This document shows positions 21,803 to 31,704 of a stretch of DNA of 64,000 nt, one piece after another (the first letter of the stretch is position 1; every line of letters begins with the position of its first letter). The translations under genes were made by a program, and so were the position numbers. The notes beneath the pieces were generated by a model, which searched no databases, was not told the DNA's origin, and worked only from the letters and a program-made list of their open reading frames with translations. The DNA is from an uncultured Planctomycetaceae bacterium. Its GTDB lineage: Bacteria; Planctomycetota; Planctomycetia; Planctomycetales; Planctomycetaceae. The stretch spans positions 864,001-928,000 of the forward strand of contig CAWFGE010000012.1 of the NCBI GenBank assembly GCA_963815195.1, written 5' to 3'.

Positions 21803-24800
21803 CAGCCACCGCCTTGATAGAGTTCTTCGATCAGCGTTCGCAATTCGGGGTTTTGTATCTGCTTTTGTGTCTGGAAGCAGAGTTTCACCACATCGCGGCC
21901 GTCGTTGTGTTTGCTGATTTCGCGGTCCATGCCCACGTTTAACACCCGGCCCAGCGGAACGCTCCCCGGCTCACAGTATAGATAAAGCTCGACGGCTTTG
22001 GGGCGTTTGCTGTGGACGGTCGCGAAGACGCCGCCGTCGGTTTTGAAATTCACCAGCACCTTGCCGCCCCATTCGGGCTGGGCGTTCGGCGCGGCGTCGG
22101 CCAATAAATCGAACAGCGTTTCCAAGACCGCGGCGTCCCAGCGGACTTTGCCTTTCAGAAACCCCTTCTTGGAGAGGTGCCATTTCTTGCCGAGGACTTT
22201 CCAGGGCGTCAAATCGTCGGGGTTGAGCTTCGCGGTGTGGATTTGCTTGAGGAACCCTTCGCGGGCTTCGCTCAAAAATGTTTTGAACGCCGGTGTGTCG
22301 ATGTCTTTCTTCCAATGCACGCTGATCGTAATTTCCTGCCAGGGGCCTTTGAGGTTTTTTACGCGGACCCGCTCGCCCCGGCCGTAGATGGGGATCTCCT
22401 CGAGATCGTCCACCGGCGTCAGCGCGAGCCGGCTTTGGAGTTCGCTTCGGTTAAAGGTGTTTTTCTTCACGCGGAACTTGAGCGACAACAGCCACTCATC
22501 CCCCGTGAGCGCGTGCAAAAACCAGCCGCCCTGTTTTTCCCGGCCCATAACTTCCACGACCGAGCGGCTGTTCCAATTCGCCTCGGCGAAGCGGTCGTCC
22601 GTTTCCAGTTCATCGATCACAAAGCCGAGGGCTTCGCCTTCCCACTTCGCAGCGTTGCCGTTGTGGGCCACGCGGTCTTCCGTGTGCCATTTTCGGCCCT
22701 CGGTCTGCCAGGGCATCATCGCGCCTTCGGCGACCTGCTTGAGGTCCAGGTCGCCTTGCTGCTTCTTTCTCGCGGCTTTCGCGTTGAAGACTTCCCGCTC
22801 CTCGCGAATGCCGTGCGCCAAGACAGGAGCTAGCATTTCGCCGGTGTGCGAGCGAAACGGGGGTTTGAGTTCGTTCGCATGACCAGGGGGCTTAGGCGGG
22901 CACCGACCGTAAGTTGGTCCGCTCGCCTTTGCATAATCGACGACATCCTCCGGGGTGCCTTCGGTGACGATCCAACCGCCGCCGATGCCCGCTTCGGGAC
23001 CGAGATCGATAATCCAGTCGGCGGTTTTGATCACATCGAGGTTATGCTCGATGACGACCACGGTGTTCCCCAACTCGACGAGGCTGTTGAGGACTTTCAA
23101 AAGCTTGGCGATGTCGTCGAAGTGCAGGCCGGTGGTCGGTTCATCGAGAACGTACAAGGTGCGGCCGGTGTTGGGGCGGGCCAACTCGGCGGCGAGCTTC
23201 ACGCGCTGGGCTTCGCCTCCGGAGAGCGTGGGCGCGGACTGGCCCAAGGTGAGGTAATCGAGGCCGATCGCCGAGAGCGTGGCCAGATAGCCGCGGATCT
23301 TCGGAATGTTCTCGAAGAGATCAAGGGCCTTGCCGATGGGCATTTCGAGCACGTCGGCGATGCTGTGGCCGCGGTATTTCACCGTAAGCGTTTCGTGGTT
23401 GTAGCGTTTGCCCCGGCAGGTGTCGCACTCGACCCACACATCCGGCAGGAAGTGCATTTCGATGCACTTTTGCCCGTTGCCTTCGCAGTCTTCGCAGCGT
23501 CCGCCTTTGCGGTTGAAGCTGAACCGGGCCGGGCGGTAGCCGCGGACGCGGGCTTCGGGCAGTTGGGCGAACAGATCGCGAATGTGATCGAACACGCCCA
23601 CGTAAGTCGCCGGGTTGGACGCGGGCGTATTGCCCAAAGGCTGCTGGTCCACGCGAATGATCTTGTTGATATATTCCAGCCCCAACAGCTCATCAAAGGG
23701 CGCGGGCTGATCGTGCGAACGGTGCAGCTGCCGGGCGACGGCTTTCGCGAGCGTGTCCTCGACGAGGGTGCTTTTTCCGGACCCGGAAACGCCGGTGATG
23801 CAGGTGAAAGTTCCCAGAGGAATTCGCAAGTCGACGTCCCGCAGGTTATGCTGCCGGGCCCCGATCAGTTCGAGCCAGAGTTGGTTGCCGGTGGGTTGTT
23901 GTGTGGGATCGTGGGTTTCTGGTTTTTGGGAATGATCATGGGGCTTACGGGGGCACCGACCGGAGGTTGGTCCGCTCGCCTTGGAATCCATTCTGCGGGA
24001 AACGGGAATCGGGATTGCCTTCTGATCGCCGAGGTACTGCCCCGTGAGCGATGTGTTCCGTTTCGCGAGTTGCTTGGGGGTGCCTTCGTCGACGATGGTG
24101 CCGCCGAGCCGGCCGGCGCCGGGGCCGAAGTCGTACAAGCGGTCGGAGGCTTCGAGCACTTCGCGGTCGTGCTCGACCAGGACCAGCGTGTTGCCCAGGT
24201 CGCGGAGTTTTTTGAGGGCTTTTAAGAGGCGGTTGTTGTCGCGCGGGTGCAGGCCGATGGTGGGTTCATCCAGCACGTAGAGGACGCCGGTGAGCGCGCG
24301 GCCGATTTGACCGGCGAGGCGAATTCGCTGGCTCTCGCCGCCGGAAAGCGTGGGCAGCGGCCGGGAGAGCGTGACGTATTCCAAGCCGACGTCGACCAGA
24401 AACGACAATCGGCTCGTGGCTTCGGTGAGCAGATCGCCCGCGACTTTTTTCTCCGATTTGCCGAGCTTGGCAGTCTTGAGAAACGCGAGCGCCTCGTCCA
24501 ACGGGAGTTCGCAGAGCTGCCCCAAAGTCTTTCCTTGAAACCGCATAGCGGCCGCGTCTTCGCGGAGCCGGCTTCCGCTGCACGCCATGCACGGGACTTC
24601 GCCCGTCAAATCTTTGAGCCGCTGCCGATAGATGTAGGACACCCGCGCGGCTTCTTCAATCGCGGGGAACAGGCCTTTGAATTGGAATTTCAAACCGCTT
24701 CCCAAGCCGTCGCCTTGGGCGACGGAACCGACGACGGAGTCGTCGGCTTGGGGAAGTGAGATCGCAAACCATCGCTCGCCGGTGCCTTGGAGGATCGCCC

Positions 24801-27800
24801 GCTGATGCACGGCATCGAGTTGATTGAACGGCACATCCAGCGGGAGATGCAGATCATTCGCCATTGCCGCGAGCATTTGATTGAAGACGGCGTTATGATC
24901 CGGGTCGGGAAGGGCCGTGAGCGCGCCATCGGCGAGCGAACGATGCGGATGCGAAATCAGGGCGGAAAGATCCGTGCCTTGTTGAACTCCCAACCCTTCG
25001 CAAGACGGACACCAGCCGAGATAGCTGTTGAACGAAAAGTTGTGCGGCGAGAGTTCCTCGAAGCTCCGCCCGCATTGGCCGCAGGCATACATCAGACTGA
25101 AGTTCTCGGTTCGCCAATCGGTTTCGGGGCGGTCGTCATCGCAGTGGGCGACGCGAATCATGCCCTGTCCCAGTTCGAACGCGGCTTCGACCGAATCCGC
25201 CAGCCGGCCCCGGCCGTTCGCTCGCACGGTCACGCGGTCCATGACCACATCGACCTCGTGCTTCCGCCGGCGGTCCATGTTGGGGACATCCTCCAAGCGG
25301 TAGGTCTCGCCGTTGATCCGCACCCGCAAAAGCCCTTGCGATTTCAGGCGTTCCCAAAGCTGCTCGTACTTGTGGCCGACGCGGACTTCCTGCGGGGCGA
25401 GAATCAAGAGCCGGCTGCCCTCATCCAGGCTCATCAGCTTGTCGATGACTTCATCGGTCGTCTGGGTTTCGATGGGGATGTTGCAATCGGGGCAATAGGG
25501 CGTGCCCAGGCGGGCGAACAGAATGCGGAGGTAATCGTAAATCTCCGTGACCGTGCCCACGGTGGAACGCGGCGTGTGGCCCACGGTTTTTTGCTCGATG
25601 GCGATCGCCGGGGAGAGGCCGTGGATATGCTCGACGCGGGGCTTGGGCATCTGGCCCAAAAACTGCCGGGCGTAGGCGGAGAGGGATTCCACATACCGGC
25701 GTTGGCCCTCGGCGTAGAGCGTATCCATCGCCAGCGAGCTTTTCCCGGACCCGCTGGGCCCGCAGAACACGCTCATCTTGTCGCGGGGGATGGTGACATC
25801 GAGATGCTGGAGATTGTGCTGAGCCGCGCCGCGGACGACGATTTGTTTGGTATGTCCGTTGTCCCTTTTTCCGTGTCCGTTGGTCTGGGCGTGGCCGTTG
25901 GACTGCGATTTCGTCTTGCGTTTGATGCCCAGGATGTCCGCAAGCGCGGCTCCGGTGTGGGACGGTTCAGAGCGGGCGATGTCTTCGGGCGTGCCTTCCG
26001 CGACCAAGCTGCCTCCGCCTTCGCCGCCTTCGGGACCGAGATCGATCACCCAATCGGCGGTTTTGATGACGTCCAGGTTATGCTCCACGACGAGCACCGT
26101 GTTCCCGGCCTCGACGAAACCGTGCAAAACTTCTAAGAGCTTTTGGATATCCGCAAAGTGCAAACCAGTGGTGGGTTCATCGAGGAGATAGATCGTCCGG
26201 CCGGTGGAGCGTTTGCCGAGTTCGCGGGCGAGCTTGATCCGCTGGGCTTCGCCCCCGGAGAGCGTGGGCGACGGTTGGCCGAGCTTGAGGTAATCGAGGC
26301 CCACATCGTGCAGGGTTTGCAGGAGCCGGTGGATTTTGGGGATGTTCTCGAAATGGATCAGGGCTTCCTGCACGTCCATGTTGAGGATTTCGGCGATGTT
26401 CTTGCCTTTGTAGCGGACTTCCAATGTCTCGCGATTGAACCGCCGGCCTTCGCAGACTTCGCACGTCACCCACACATCGGCCAGAAAGTCCATCTCCAGT
26501 TTTTTCGAGCCGTAGCCTTCGCAGGCTTCGCAGCGGCCGCTCGGAACGTTGAAGCTGAACCGCCCCGGCTTGTAGCCCCGCATCCGCGACTCGGGCAGAT
26601 GCGTAAACAGGGTGCGGATCTCGTCGAAGAGTTTGACATAGGTCGCGGGGTTGCTGCGGGGCGTGCGGCCGATGGGCGACTGATCGATGTCGATAGCTTT
26701 GTCAAGATTCTTCAGCCCGTTGATGCGGGCGTGCTTGCCGGGCGAGCCGTGGCCGCGGTTGAGATCGCGGTTTAGAGTTTCCCAGAGGATGTCGTTGACG
26801 AGCGAGCTTTTGCCGGAGCCGCTCACGCCGGTGACGCAGACGAACAAGCCCAGCGGGAAGCGAACATCGATGTCCTTGAGGTTGTTGTGCTTGGCCCCTT
26901 TGATGGTGACGGCTTGTTTGCCGGGGGCTCGGCGTTTTTGAGGAATTTCGATTCGCTTTTTGCCGGAGAGATATTGCCCGGTCAGGCTGCGTTTGGATTT
27001 GAGGATTTTGGACAGCGAGCCGCTCGCGACGACCTCGCCGCCGCGCACGCCGGGACCGGGGCCGAAATCGACGATGTGATCCGCGGCCCGCATCGTGTCT
27101 TCATCGTGTTCGACGACGATGACCGTGTTGCCCTGGTCGCGGAGGTCTTGCAGGCTTTCTAAGAGGAGGGCGTTATCCCGCGGGTGCAGGCCGATGGAAG
27201 GTTCATCGAGAATGTAAACCACACCGACGAGTCCGCAGCCGATCTGACCGGCGAGGCGGATTCGCTGGGTCTCGCCGCCGGAGAGCGTGGGGGCGGTGCG
27301 GTCGAGGGCCAGGTAATCCAAACCGCAGCGGAGGAGAAACCCCAGCCGGCCGCGGATTTCCTTGAGGGCTTCCTCGGCGATGTGGAAGGCGGTGGGACCG
27401 AGTTCCAAGGCTTCAAAAAACTCCGCCGCCTCGCGAATGCTCAGCGCGCACACATCCGGCAGCGACCGCGACAGCGGTTTGCCTCGCCCGGCGAATGCCT
27501 GGCTTTTCGTGGTCAAACGGACGTGCCGGGCTTGGGAATTCAATCGGCCGCCCTGGCAGGCGGAGCAGCCGGCGAAGTCCATGTATTTTTCAAGCTGCCT
27601 GCGGCGCATGGGGTTCTTGGCTTTGCGGTAGCCTTCGAGCAGCTCGTTGATGTAGCCTTCCCAAAGCCCTCCATGCTTCCAGACGCCGCCGGAATGCCCC
27701 CAGGAAAAGGTGATGTGCCGGTCCCCGGTGCCGTAGAGGAATTTGTGCTTGGCTTCTTTAGGCAGGTCCTTCCAGGGCGTTTTGAGCAAACTGCCCTCGG

Positions 27801-28884
27801 CCATCTCTAAGTCTTTTTCGATGGCGTCGGCGACGCCGCGGTAGATGTGCTTTCGCCAGCGGCCCACTTCGCGGAATTTGCCTAAGAGTTCAATCGCCCC
27901 GCCGTGGATGGACAGTTTGTCGTCGGGGATCAATCGTTCCAACAGAAACTCGTGCCGCATCCCCAGGCCGTTACAGTCCAGGCACATGCCGAGGGGGCTA
28001 TTGAAACTGAACAGCTGCGGGCTGGGCGGTTCGTAGCTCAGTTGGCATGTTGGGCAGGAATAGTGTGCGGAATAAAGCTGATCGTTGGGGGCGGATTGTT
28101 CATTTTGCTGGGGAAACTCTTCTGGAACGTCCGACGTGACCGGGGGGCTTACACCCCCCGCTCGCCCTTCTTGGCTGACAAGTAAAGTGCCGCCGCTGAG
28201 TTTCAGTGCGGATTCCACGGCTTCCGCGAGCCGCTGCCGGCTGGTTTTGCCGGCGGCGAGGCGGTCGATGATCACGTCGATCGTGTGCCGCATCTGGCGG
28301 TCGAGCTGCAGGTTGTCCGTGAGTTGGACGGTTTCGCCGTCGACCCTGGCCCGCAGGAAGCCCTGCTTGAGCAGATCGTCAAACAGGTCGCGGAACTCGC
28401 CTTTTTGCTGGCGGACCACGGGAGCGAGAATCTGGTATTTCGTGCCCTCCGGAAGCGAGGCGATGCTTTCGATGATCTGCTCGCTGGTCTGGGCGGTGAT
28501 GGCTTCGCCGCAGCGGTGGCAAAACCCCTGTCCGACTCTCGCGAACAGCACGCGGAGGTAATCGTAGATTTCGGTGATCGTCCCCACGGTGCTGCGGGGG
28601 TTGCGGCCGCTGGTTTTTTGTTGGATGGAGATCGATGGAGCCAACCCGCTGACGGCGTCCACCTCGGGCTTGGGCATCTGCCCCAAAAACTGGCGGGCGT
28701 AGCTGGACAGGGACTCGACATACCGGCGTTGGCCCTCGGCGTAGAGCGTATCGAACGCCAGCGAGCTTTTGCCGGAGCCGCTCACGCCGGTCATGCAAAT
28801 CAGCTTATTTTTGGGAAGTTTCAGCGAGACATCCCGCAAGTTGTGTTCGCGGGCACCCCGAATGACGATGTCGGATTGAGGCAT
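21802..28884 (-). CDS. uvrA: Excinuclease ABC subunit A, tandem double-length form with C-terminal extension
   Basis: Four ABC domains (G.SGSGKS x4, LSGGE.QR x4), Zn fingers, two complete UvrA units. Confidence 0.96.
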   Translation of the reverse strand: MPQSDIVIRGAREHNLRDVSLKLPKNKLICMTGVSGSGKSSLAFDTLYAEGQRRYVESLSSYARQFLGQMPKPEVDAVSGLAPSISIQQKTSGRNPRSTVGTITEIYDYLRVLFARVGQGFCHRCGEAITAQTSEQIIESIASLPEGTKYQILAPVVRQQKGEFRDLFDDLLKQGFLRARVDGETVQLTDNLQLDRQMRHTIDVIIDRLAAGKTSRQRLAEAVESALKLSGGTLLVSQEGRAGGVSPPVTSDVPEEFPQQNEQSAPNDQLYSAHYSCPTCQLSYEPPSPQLFSFNSPLGMCLDCNGLGMRHEFLLERLIPDDKLSIHGGAIELLGKFREVGRWRKHIYRGVADAIEKDLEMAEGSLLKTPWKDLPKEAKHKFLYGTGDRHITFSWGHSGGVWKHGGLWEGYINELLEGYRKAKNPMRRRQLEKYMDFAGCSACQGGRLNSQARHVRLTTKSQAFAGRGKPLSRSLPDVCALSIREAAEFFEALELGPTAFHIAEEALKEIRGRLGFLLRCGLDYLALDRTAPTLSGGETQRIRLAGQIGCGLVGVVYILDEPSIGLHPRDNALLLESLQDLRDQGNTVIVVEHDEDTMRAADHIVDFGPGPGVRGGEVVASGSLSKILKSKRSLTGQYLSGKKRIEIPQKRRAPGKQAVTIKGAKHNNLKDIDVRFPLGLFVCVTGVSGSGKSSLVNDILWETLNRDLNRGHGSPGKHARINGLKNLDKAIDIDQSPIGRTPRSNPATYVKLFDEIRTLFTHLPESRMRGYKPGRFSFNVPSGRCEACEGYGSKKLEMDFLADVWVTCEVCEGRRFNRETLEVRYKGKNIAEILNMDVQEALIHFENIPKIHRLLQTLHDVGLDYLKLGQPSPTLSGGEAQRIKLARELGKRSTGRTIYLLDEPTTGLHFADIQKLLEVLHGFVEAGNTVLVVEHNLDVIKTADWVIDLGPEGGEGGGSLVAEGTPEDIARSEPSHTGAALADILGIKRKTKSQSNGHAQTNGHGKRDNGHTKQIVVRGAAQHNLQHLDVTIPRDKMSVFCGPSGSGKSSLAMDTLYAEGQRRYVESLSAYARQFLGQMPKPRVEHIHGLSPAIAIEQKTVGHTPRSTVGTVTEIYDYLRILFARLGTPYCPDCNIPIETQTTDEVIDKLMSLDEGSRLLILAPQEVRVGHKYEQLWERLKSQGLLRVRINGETYRLEDVPNMDRRRKHEVDVVMDRVTVRANGRGRLADSVEAAFELGQGMIRVAHCDDDRPETDWRTENFSLMYACGQCGRSFEELSPHNFSFNSYLGWCPSCEGLGVQQGTDLSALISHPHRSLADGALTALPDPDHNAVFNQMLAAMANDLHLPLDVPFNQLDAVHQRAILQGTGERWFAISLPQADDSVVGSVAQGDGLGSGLKFQFKGLFPAIEEAARVSYIYRQRLKDLTGEVPCMACSGSRLREDAAAMRFQGKTLGQLCELPLDEALAFLKTAKLGKSEKKVAGDLLTEATSRLSFLVDVGLEYVTLSRPLPTLSGGESQRIRLAGQIGRALTGVLYVLDEPTIGLHPRDNNRLLKALKKLRDLGNTLVLVEHDREVLEASDRLYDFGPGAGRLGGTIVDEGTPKQLAKRNTSLTGQYLGDQKAIPIPVSRRMDSKASGPTSGRCPRKPHDHSQKPETHDPTQQPTGNQLWLELIGARQHNLRDVDLRIPLGTFTCITGVSGSGKSTLVEDTLAKAVARQLHRSHDQPAPFDELLGLEYINKIIRVDQQPLGNTPASNPATYVGVFDHIRDLFAQLPEARVRGYRPARFSFNRKGGRCEDCEGNGQKCIEMHFLPDVWVECDTCRGKRYNHETLTVKYRGHSIADVLEMPIGKALDLFENIPKIRGYLATLSAIGLDYLTLGQSAPTLSGGEAQRVKLAAELARPNTGRTLYVLDEPTTGLHFDDIAKLLKVLNSLVELGNTVVVIEHNLDVIKTADWIIDLGPEAGIGGGWIVTEGTPEDVVDYAKASGPTYGRCPPKPPGHANELKPPFRSHTGEMLAPVLAHGIREEREVFNAKAARKKQQGDLDLKQVAEGAMMPWQTEGRKWHTEDRVAHNGNAAKWEGEALGFVIDELETDDRFAEANWNSRSVVEVMGREKQGGWFLHALTGDEWLLSLKFRVKKNTFNRSELQSRLALTPVDDLEEIPIYGRGERVRVKNLKGPWQEITISVHWKKDIDTPAFKTFLSEAREGFLKQIHTAKLNPDDLTPWKVLGKKWHLSKKGFLKGKVRWDAAVLETLFDLLADAAPNAQPEWGGKVLVNFKTDGGVFATVHSKRPKAVELYLYCEPGSVPLGRVLNVGMDREISKHNDGRDVVKLCFQTQKQIQNPELRTLIEELYQGGG
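22886..22928 (-). repeat. Family C REP translated in frame in uvrA ([14 protein letters not shown])
   Basis: Matches intergenic 9332-9374 and 61681-61723. Confidence 0.85.
23940..23981 (-). repeat. Family C REP translated in frame in uvrA ([13 protein letters not shown])
   Basis: Matches intergenic 9332-9374 and 61681-61723. Confidence 0.85.
24698..24756. repeat. Double-hairpin palindrome translated in frame in uvrA
   Basis: CCGTCGCC-TTG-GGCGACGG and CCGACGAC-GGA-GTCGTCGG enclosed by CCCAAG/CTTGGG. Confidence 0.7.
28139..28166 (-). repeat. Short family C REP translated in frame in uvrA (GRAGGVSPP)
   Basis: GGCGAGCGGGGGGTGTAAGCCCCCCGGT, like 32509-32535 and 36410-36437. Confidence 0.75.
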
Positions 28885-29318
28885 GGAGGATAGGTCAAGC
28901 CATCAGAATGACGGAAGGAATGACGCCTGGAGCGCACTGGGCAGACAAAGCATCAAAAGTATAGGTTTCCTCGTCACAGCGACAACTGAACGCGGCAAAA
29001 ATCGGACGGAGCGCCGCCCTTGCGAACGCGGAGAAAAATTCCTCGAAAAAACGGACATTCCAACGTCAATTCCGAACCGAAAGCGGCTCCTGGTTTTGCA
29101 GAGATCCGGCTGAGGAAATGTTGGGAAAATTTTTCGGGAAATTATCCGAGGGGCCGGTGTTGGGATTGTCCGATAAAACAGCCAAGGGTATAACAAACGC
29201 AACCGGAAGCTGAGAGAAACGGACTCTCAAACAAGAAACCTCCTCAGTGACAGACATCAACCCTCGGTCGGATGCCGATATTGGGACGTAGTGATCCGGT
29301 TCAGGTAACGGGTGAGTT

Positions 29319-29744
29319 ATGAGCGCTACACACGCCGTTGCGGCCTACGAGGTCGATGAGATGAGCCTTTACGAAGAGGCCCACGCCGAAGCCCTTAGAT
29401 ACAAGTGGATCGAGAGCCAAAAGCACGGCCGCGATCTGGGGGACTCGGCGATCCGCGACTGGTACCGCAAATACTGGCGGATCTACTGCCGCTTTTGCCG
29501 GCTGGAGCACGTCGAAGGCAACCGCCGCTGGCGGGAATTCGGCGACGACGACTTCGGCCATCTCTATGCCCTGATCGTCCAGGGCGATCTGTTGATGGAC
29601 CGGATTCTCGACCGCATCTATGCGGGGCACGAAAATCTCGACATCATCAACTGGGGCATGGACTGGGGACTCCCGATGGACCGCCTGGTGGACATCCTCA
29701 TCCGCATCGACGTAAACCGCGCCCGCCTCGACCATCCGTGGTAA
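29319..29744 (+). CDS. Hypothetical protein (DUF4032-like KWIES.K.GRDLG motif)
   Basis: EALRYKWIESQKHGRDLG..AI.DW...YW; host-like codon usage. Confidence 0.7.
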   Translation: MSATHAVAAYEVDEMSLYEEAHAEALRYKWIESQKHGRDLGDSAIRDWYRKYWRIYCRFCRLEHVEGNRRWREFGDDDFGHLYALIVQGDLLMDRILDRIYAGHENLDIINWGMDWGLPMDRLVDILIRIDVNRARLDHPW

Positions 29745-29970
29745 GCGGCCGGCGTGGGGGTCTTCCGTACCGGCGGCTTCCATGGGAGGCTGAATTGCGA
29801 GCCGTTCGGCGGCTTGAGCGTCCGGTTTCTCCCCTCTAAAAAACAAAACCGGGGCTAGCGCCCTGCGGCTAATGCGCTAATGCCGAGTGTGCAGAGTGAG
29901 TTGGCTCCGCACTGCCAGCCGTTTAGAATGCACCCCTCGATCTGGTCCTTTCCCCAAACACGAGTGCAAG

Positions 29971-30840
29971 ATGAAGCTGGCAACCCTCGAGACGAAGTTC
30001 GGCGAGCAAGTGGCCGGAGCGACGAACGAGCCCTCCCCTCGCTATGTGCCCTTGCATAAGGTCGATGATGCGCTGCCTGCGTCGATGATTGAACTCTTGG
30101 CGATGGAGGGCGGGCTCGCGCGGGCTCGGTCCGCGTTTCAAGCCGGGTTGGAAAAAGGGGAGTTTGTCGAAGGCCGGCTGCTGGCTCCGATCCCTCGGCC
30201 GGGAAAGGTGATCTGCATCGGCCTCAATTACCTCGACCACGCCAAGGAAAGCGGCGTCGATGCCCCCGCTGAGCCGGTGTGCTTCAGCAAATTCTCAAGC
30301 GCGGTGATCGGGCCGGAGTCGGCCATCGAACTGCCGCCCACCTCGCAGAAGGTGGACTACGAAGCCGAGCTGGTCGTGGTCATCGGCAAAGCCGGGCGGG
30401 ATATTCCTCTCGAAAAAGCCCAAGACCACGTGGCGGGCTATCTTAACGGGAACGATGTCTCCGCCCGCGACTGGCAGTTGGGCCGGCCTGGCGGACAATG
30501 GCTGCTCGGCAAGACGCCCGACACTTTCGCCCCCCTCGGCCCCTATTTGGTCACGGCCGATGAAATCCCCGATCCGGAATCGCTCGCCGTTCAGCTTCGG
30601 CTCAACGGCGAGACCATGCAAAACTCCAACACGAATCAATTGATCTTCGGCATCGACCGCTTGATCGCCCATCTGTCGGCTTTGGTGACGCTCTCGCCCG
30701 GCGATGTGATCTATACCGGAACGCCGCCCGGCGTGGGCATGGCCCGAAAGCCGCCCGTGTTCCTCAAACCGGGCGACATCGTCGAGGTCGAAATCGAAGG
30801 CCTGGGCGTCCTCAAAAACCCCGTCGTCGCCCGCCCTTGA
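29971..30840 (+). CDS. Fumarylacetoacetate hydrolase family protein
   Basis: ICIGLNY, DYEAEL, NDVSARDWQ, GDVI.TGTPPGVG. Confidence 0.92.
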   Translation: MKLATLETKFGEQVAGATNEPSPRYVPLHKVDDALPASMIELLAMEGGLARARSAFQAGLEKGEFVEGRLLAPIPRPGKVICIGLNYLDHAKESGVDAPAEPVCFSKFSSAVIGPESAIELPPTSQKVDYEAELVVVIGKAGRDIPLEKAQDHVAGYLNGNDVSARDWQLGRPGGQWLLGKTPDTFAPLGPYLVTADEIPDPESLAVQLRLNGETMQNSNTNQLIFGIDRLIAHLSALVTLSPGDVIYTGTPPGVGMARKPPVFLKPGDIVEVEIEGLGVLKNPVVARP

Positions 30841-30882
30841 TTCACGGTCATCCCCCCTTTGCGGCCTGTGTGGCTTCTGCAA

Positions 30883-31704
30883 TCAATCCTTCCAACCCCG
30901 GCGTTGGACGCGGTAGTCGCCGGGGCTGTCGGTGCCGAATTCCCGGGCGGTGACCTCGGGCCGGATGTGATGGAGCAGCTTCAAGATCCACACGCCGCCC
31001 ATGCCCGCGACGAATCCGCCGATGTGAGCCCACCAGGCGACGCCGGCCGTGGGCTCGCCGACCACGCTGACCGTGCCTTGGAAGAACTGGATCGCAAACC
31101 AAATCCCGAGGAACAACGGCGCGGGCAGGACGACCGTGAAAAAGATGACAAACAGCGGCACGAGCGCGACCACTTTCGCCTTCGGGTAGAGCAGAAAATA
31201 GGCGCCCATCACGCCCGCGATGGCGCCGCTCGCGCCGATGGTCGGGATGGTGGAGTCGGCCGCGCTCGCGAGTTGGATTCCGCTGGCCGCCACGCCCCAG
31301 CCCAAGTAAAAGAGGGCATACTGCACGTGGCCGAAGCAGTCTTCCACATTGTCGCCGAAGATGAACAGGAACCACATGTTGCCCAAAATGTGCAGCCAGC
31401 CCCCGTGGAGAAAGATGCACGTCACCAGCGTGAGCCACGCCGGGACGGCGGCGGGGGCGGCGGGGCGTTTGAACTCCTCGATGCGGTCGCCCTCTTGCGT
31501 GTGGACGATCTTGCGGTCGGGGACTTCGATTTTCTCGCCGGGATGCGTCACGCGGGCGGGGATCAGCCCGTATTGCTCCACGTAGCTCGGTCGATCGTCG
31601 GGCCGGATCAATTGCAGAATGAACACGAAGCTCGTGATGGCGATGATGGCGTAATTCACCACCGGCGTCGTGCGCGAAGGGATGTTGTCGTGCAGCGGGA
31701 TCAT
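30883..31704 (-). CDS. Rhomboid intramembrane serine protease
   Basis: FLHGG.LHILGNM, GASGA, AHIGGF. Confidence 0.92.
   Translation of the reverse strand: MIPLHDNIPSRTTPVVNYAIIAITSFVFILQLIRPDDRPSYVEQYGLIPARVTHPGEKIEVPDRKIVHTQEGDRIEEFKRPAAPAAVPAWLTLVTCIFLHGGWLHILGNMWFLFIFGDNVEDCFGHVQYALFYLGWGVAASGIQLASAADSTIPTIGASGAIAGVMGAYFLLYPKAKVVALVPLFVIFFTVVLPAPLFLGIWFAIQFFQGTVSVVGEPTAGVAWWAHIGGFVAGMGGVWILKLLHHIRPEVTAREFGTDSPGDYRVQRRGWKD

Noticed and set aside
22846..26136. Long plus-strand ORFs opposite uvrA (and similar ones opposite other genes)
   Set aside because: These are antisense shadow ORFs typical of high-GC coding DNA.
21802..28884. Double-length uvrA as a novelty or misassembly
   Set aside because: Tandem-fused UvrA is known in the PVC group, and the two halves are clearly diverged.
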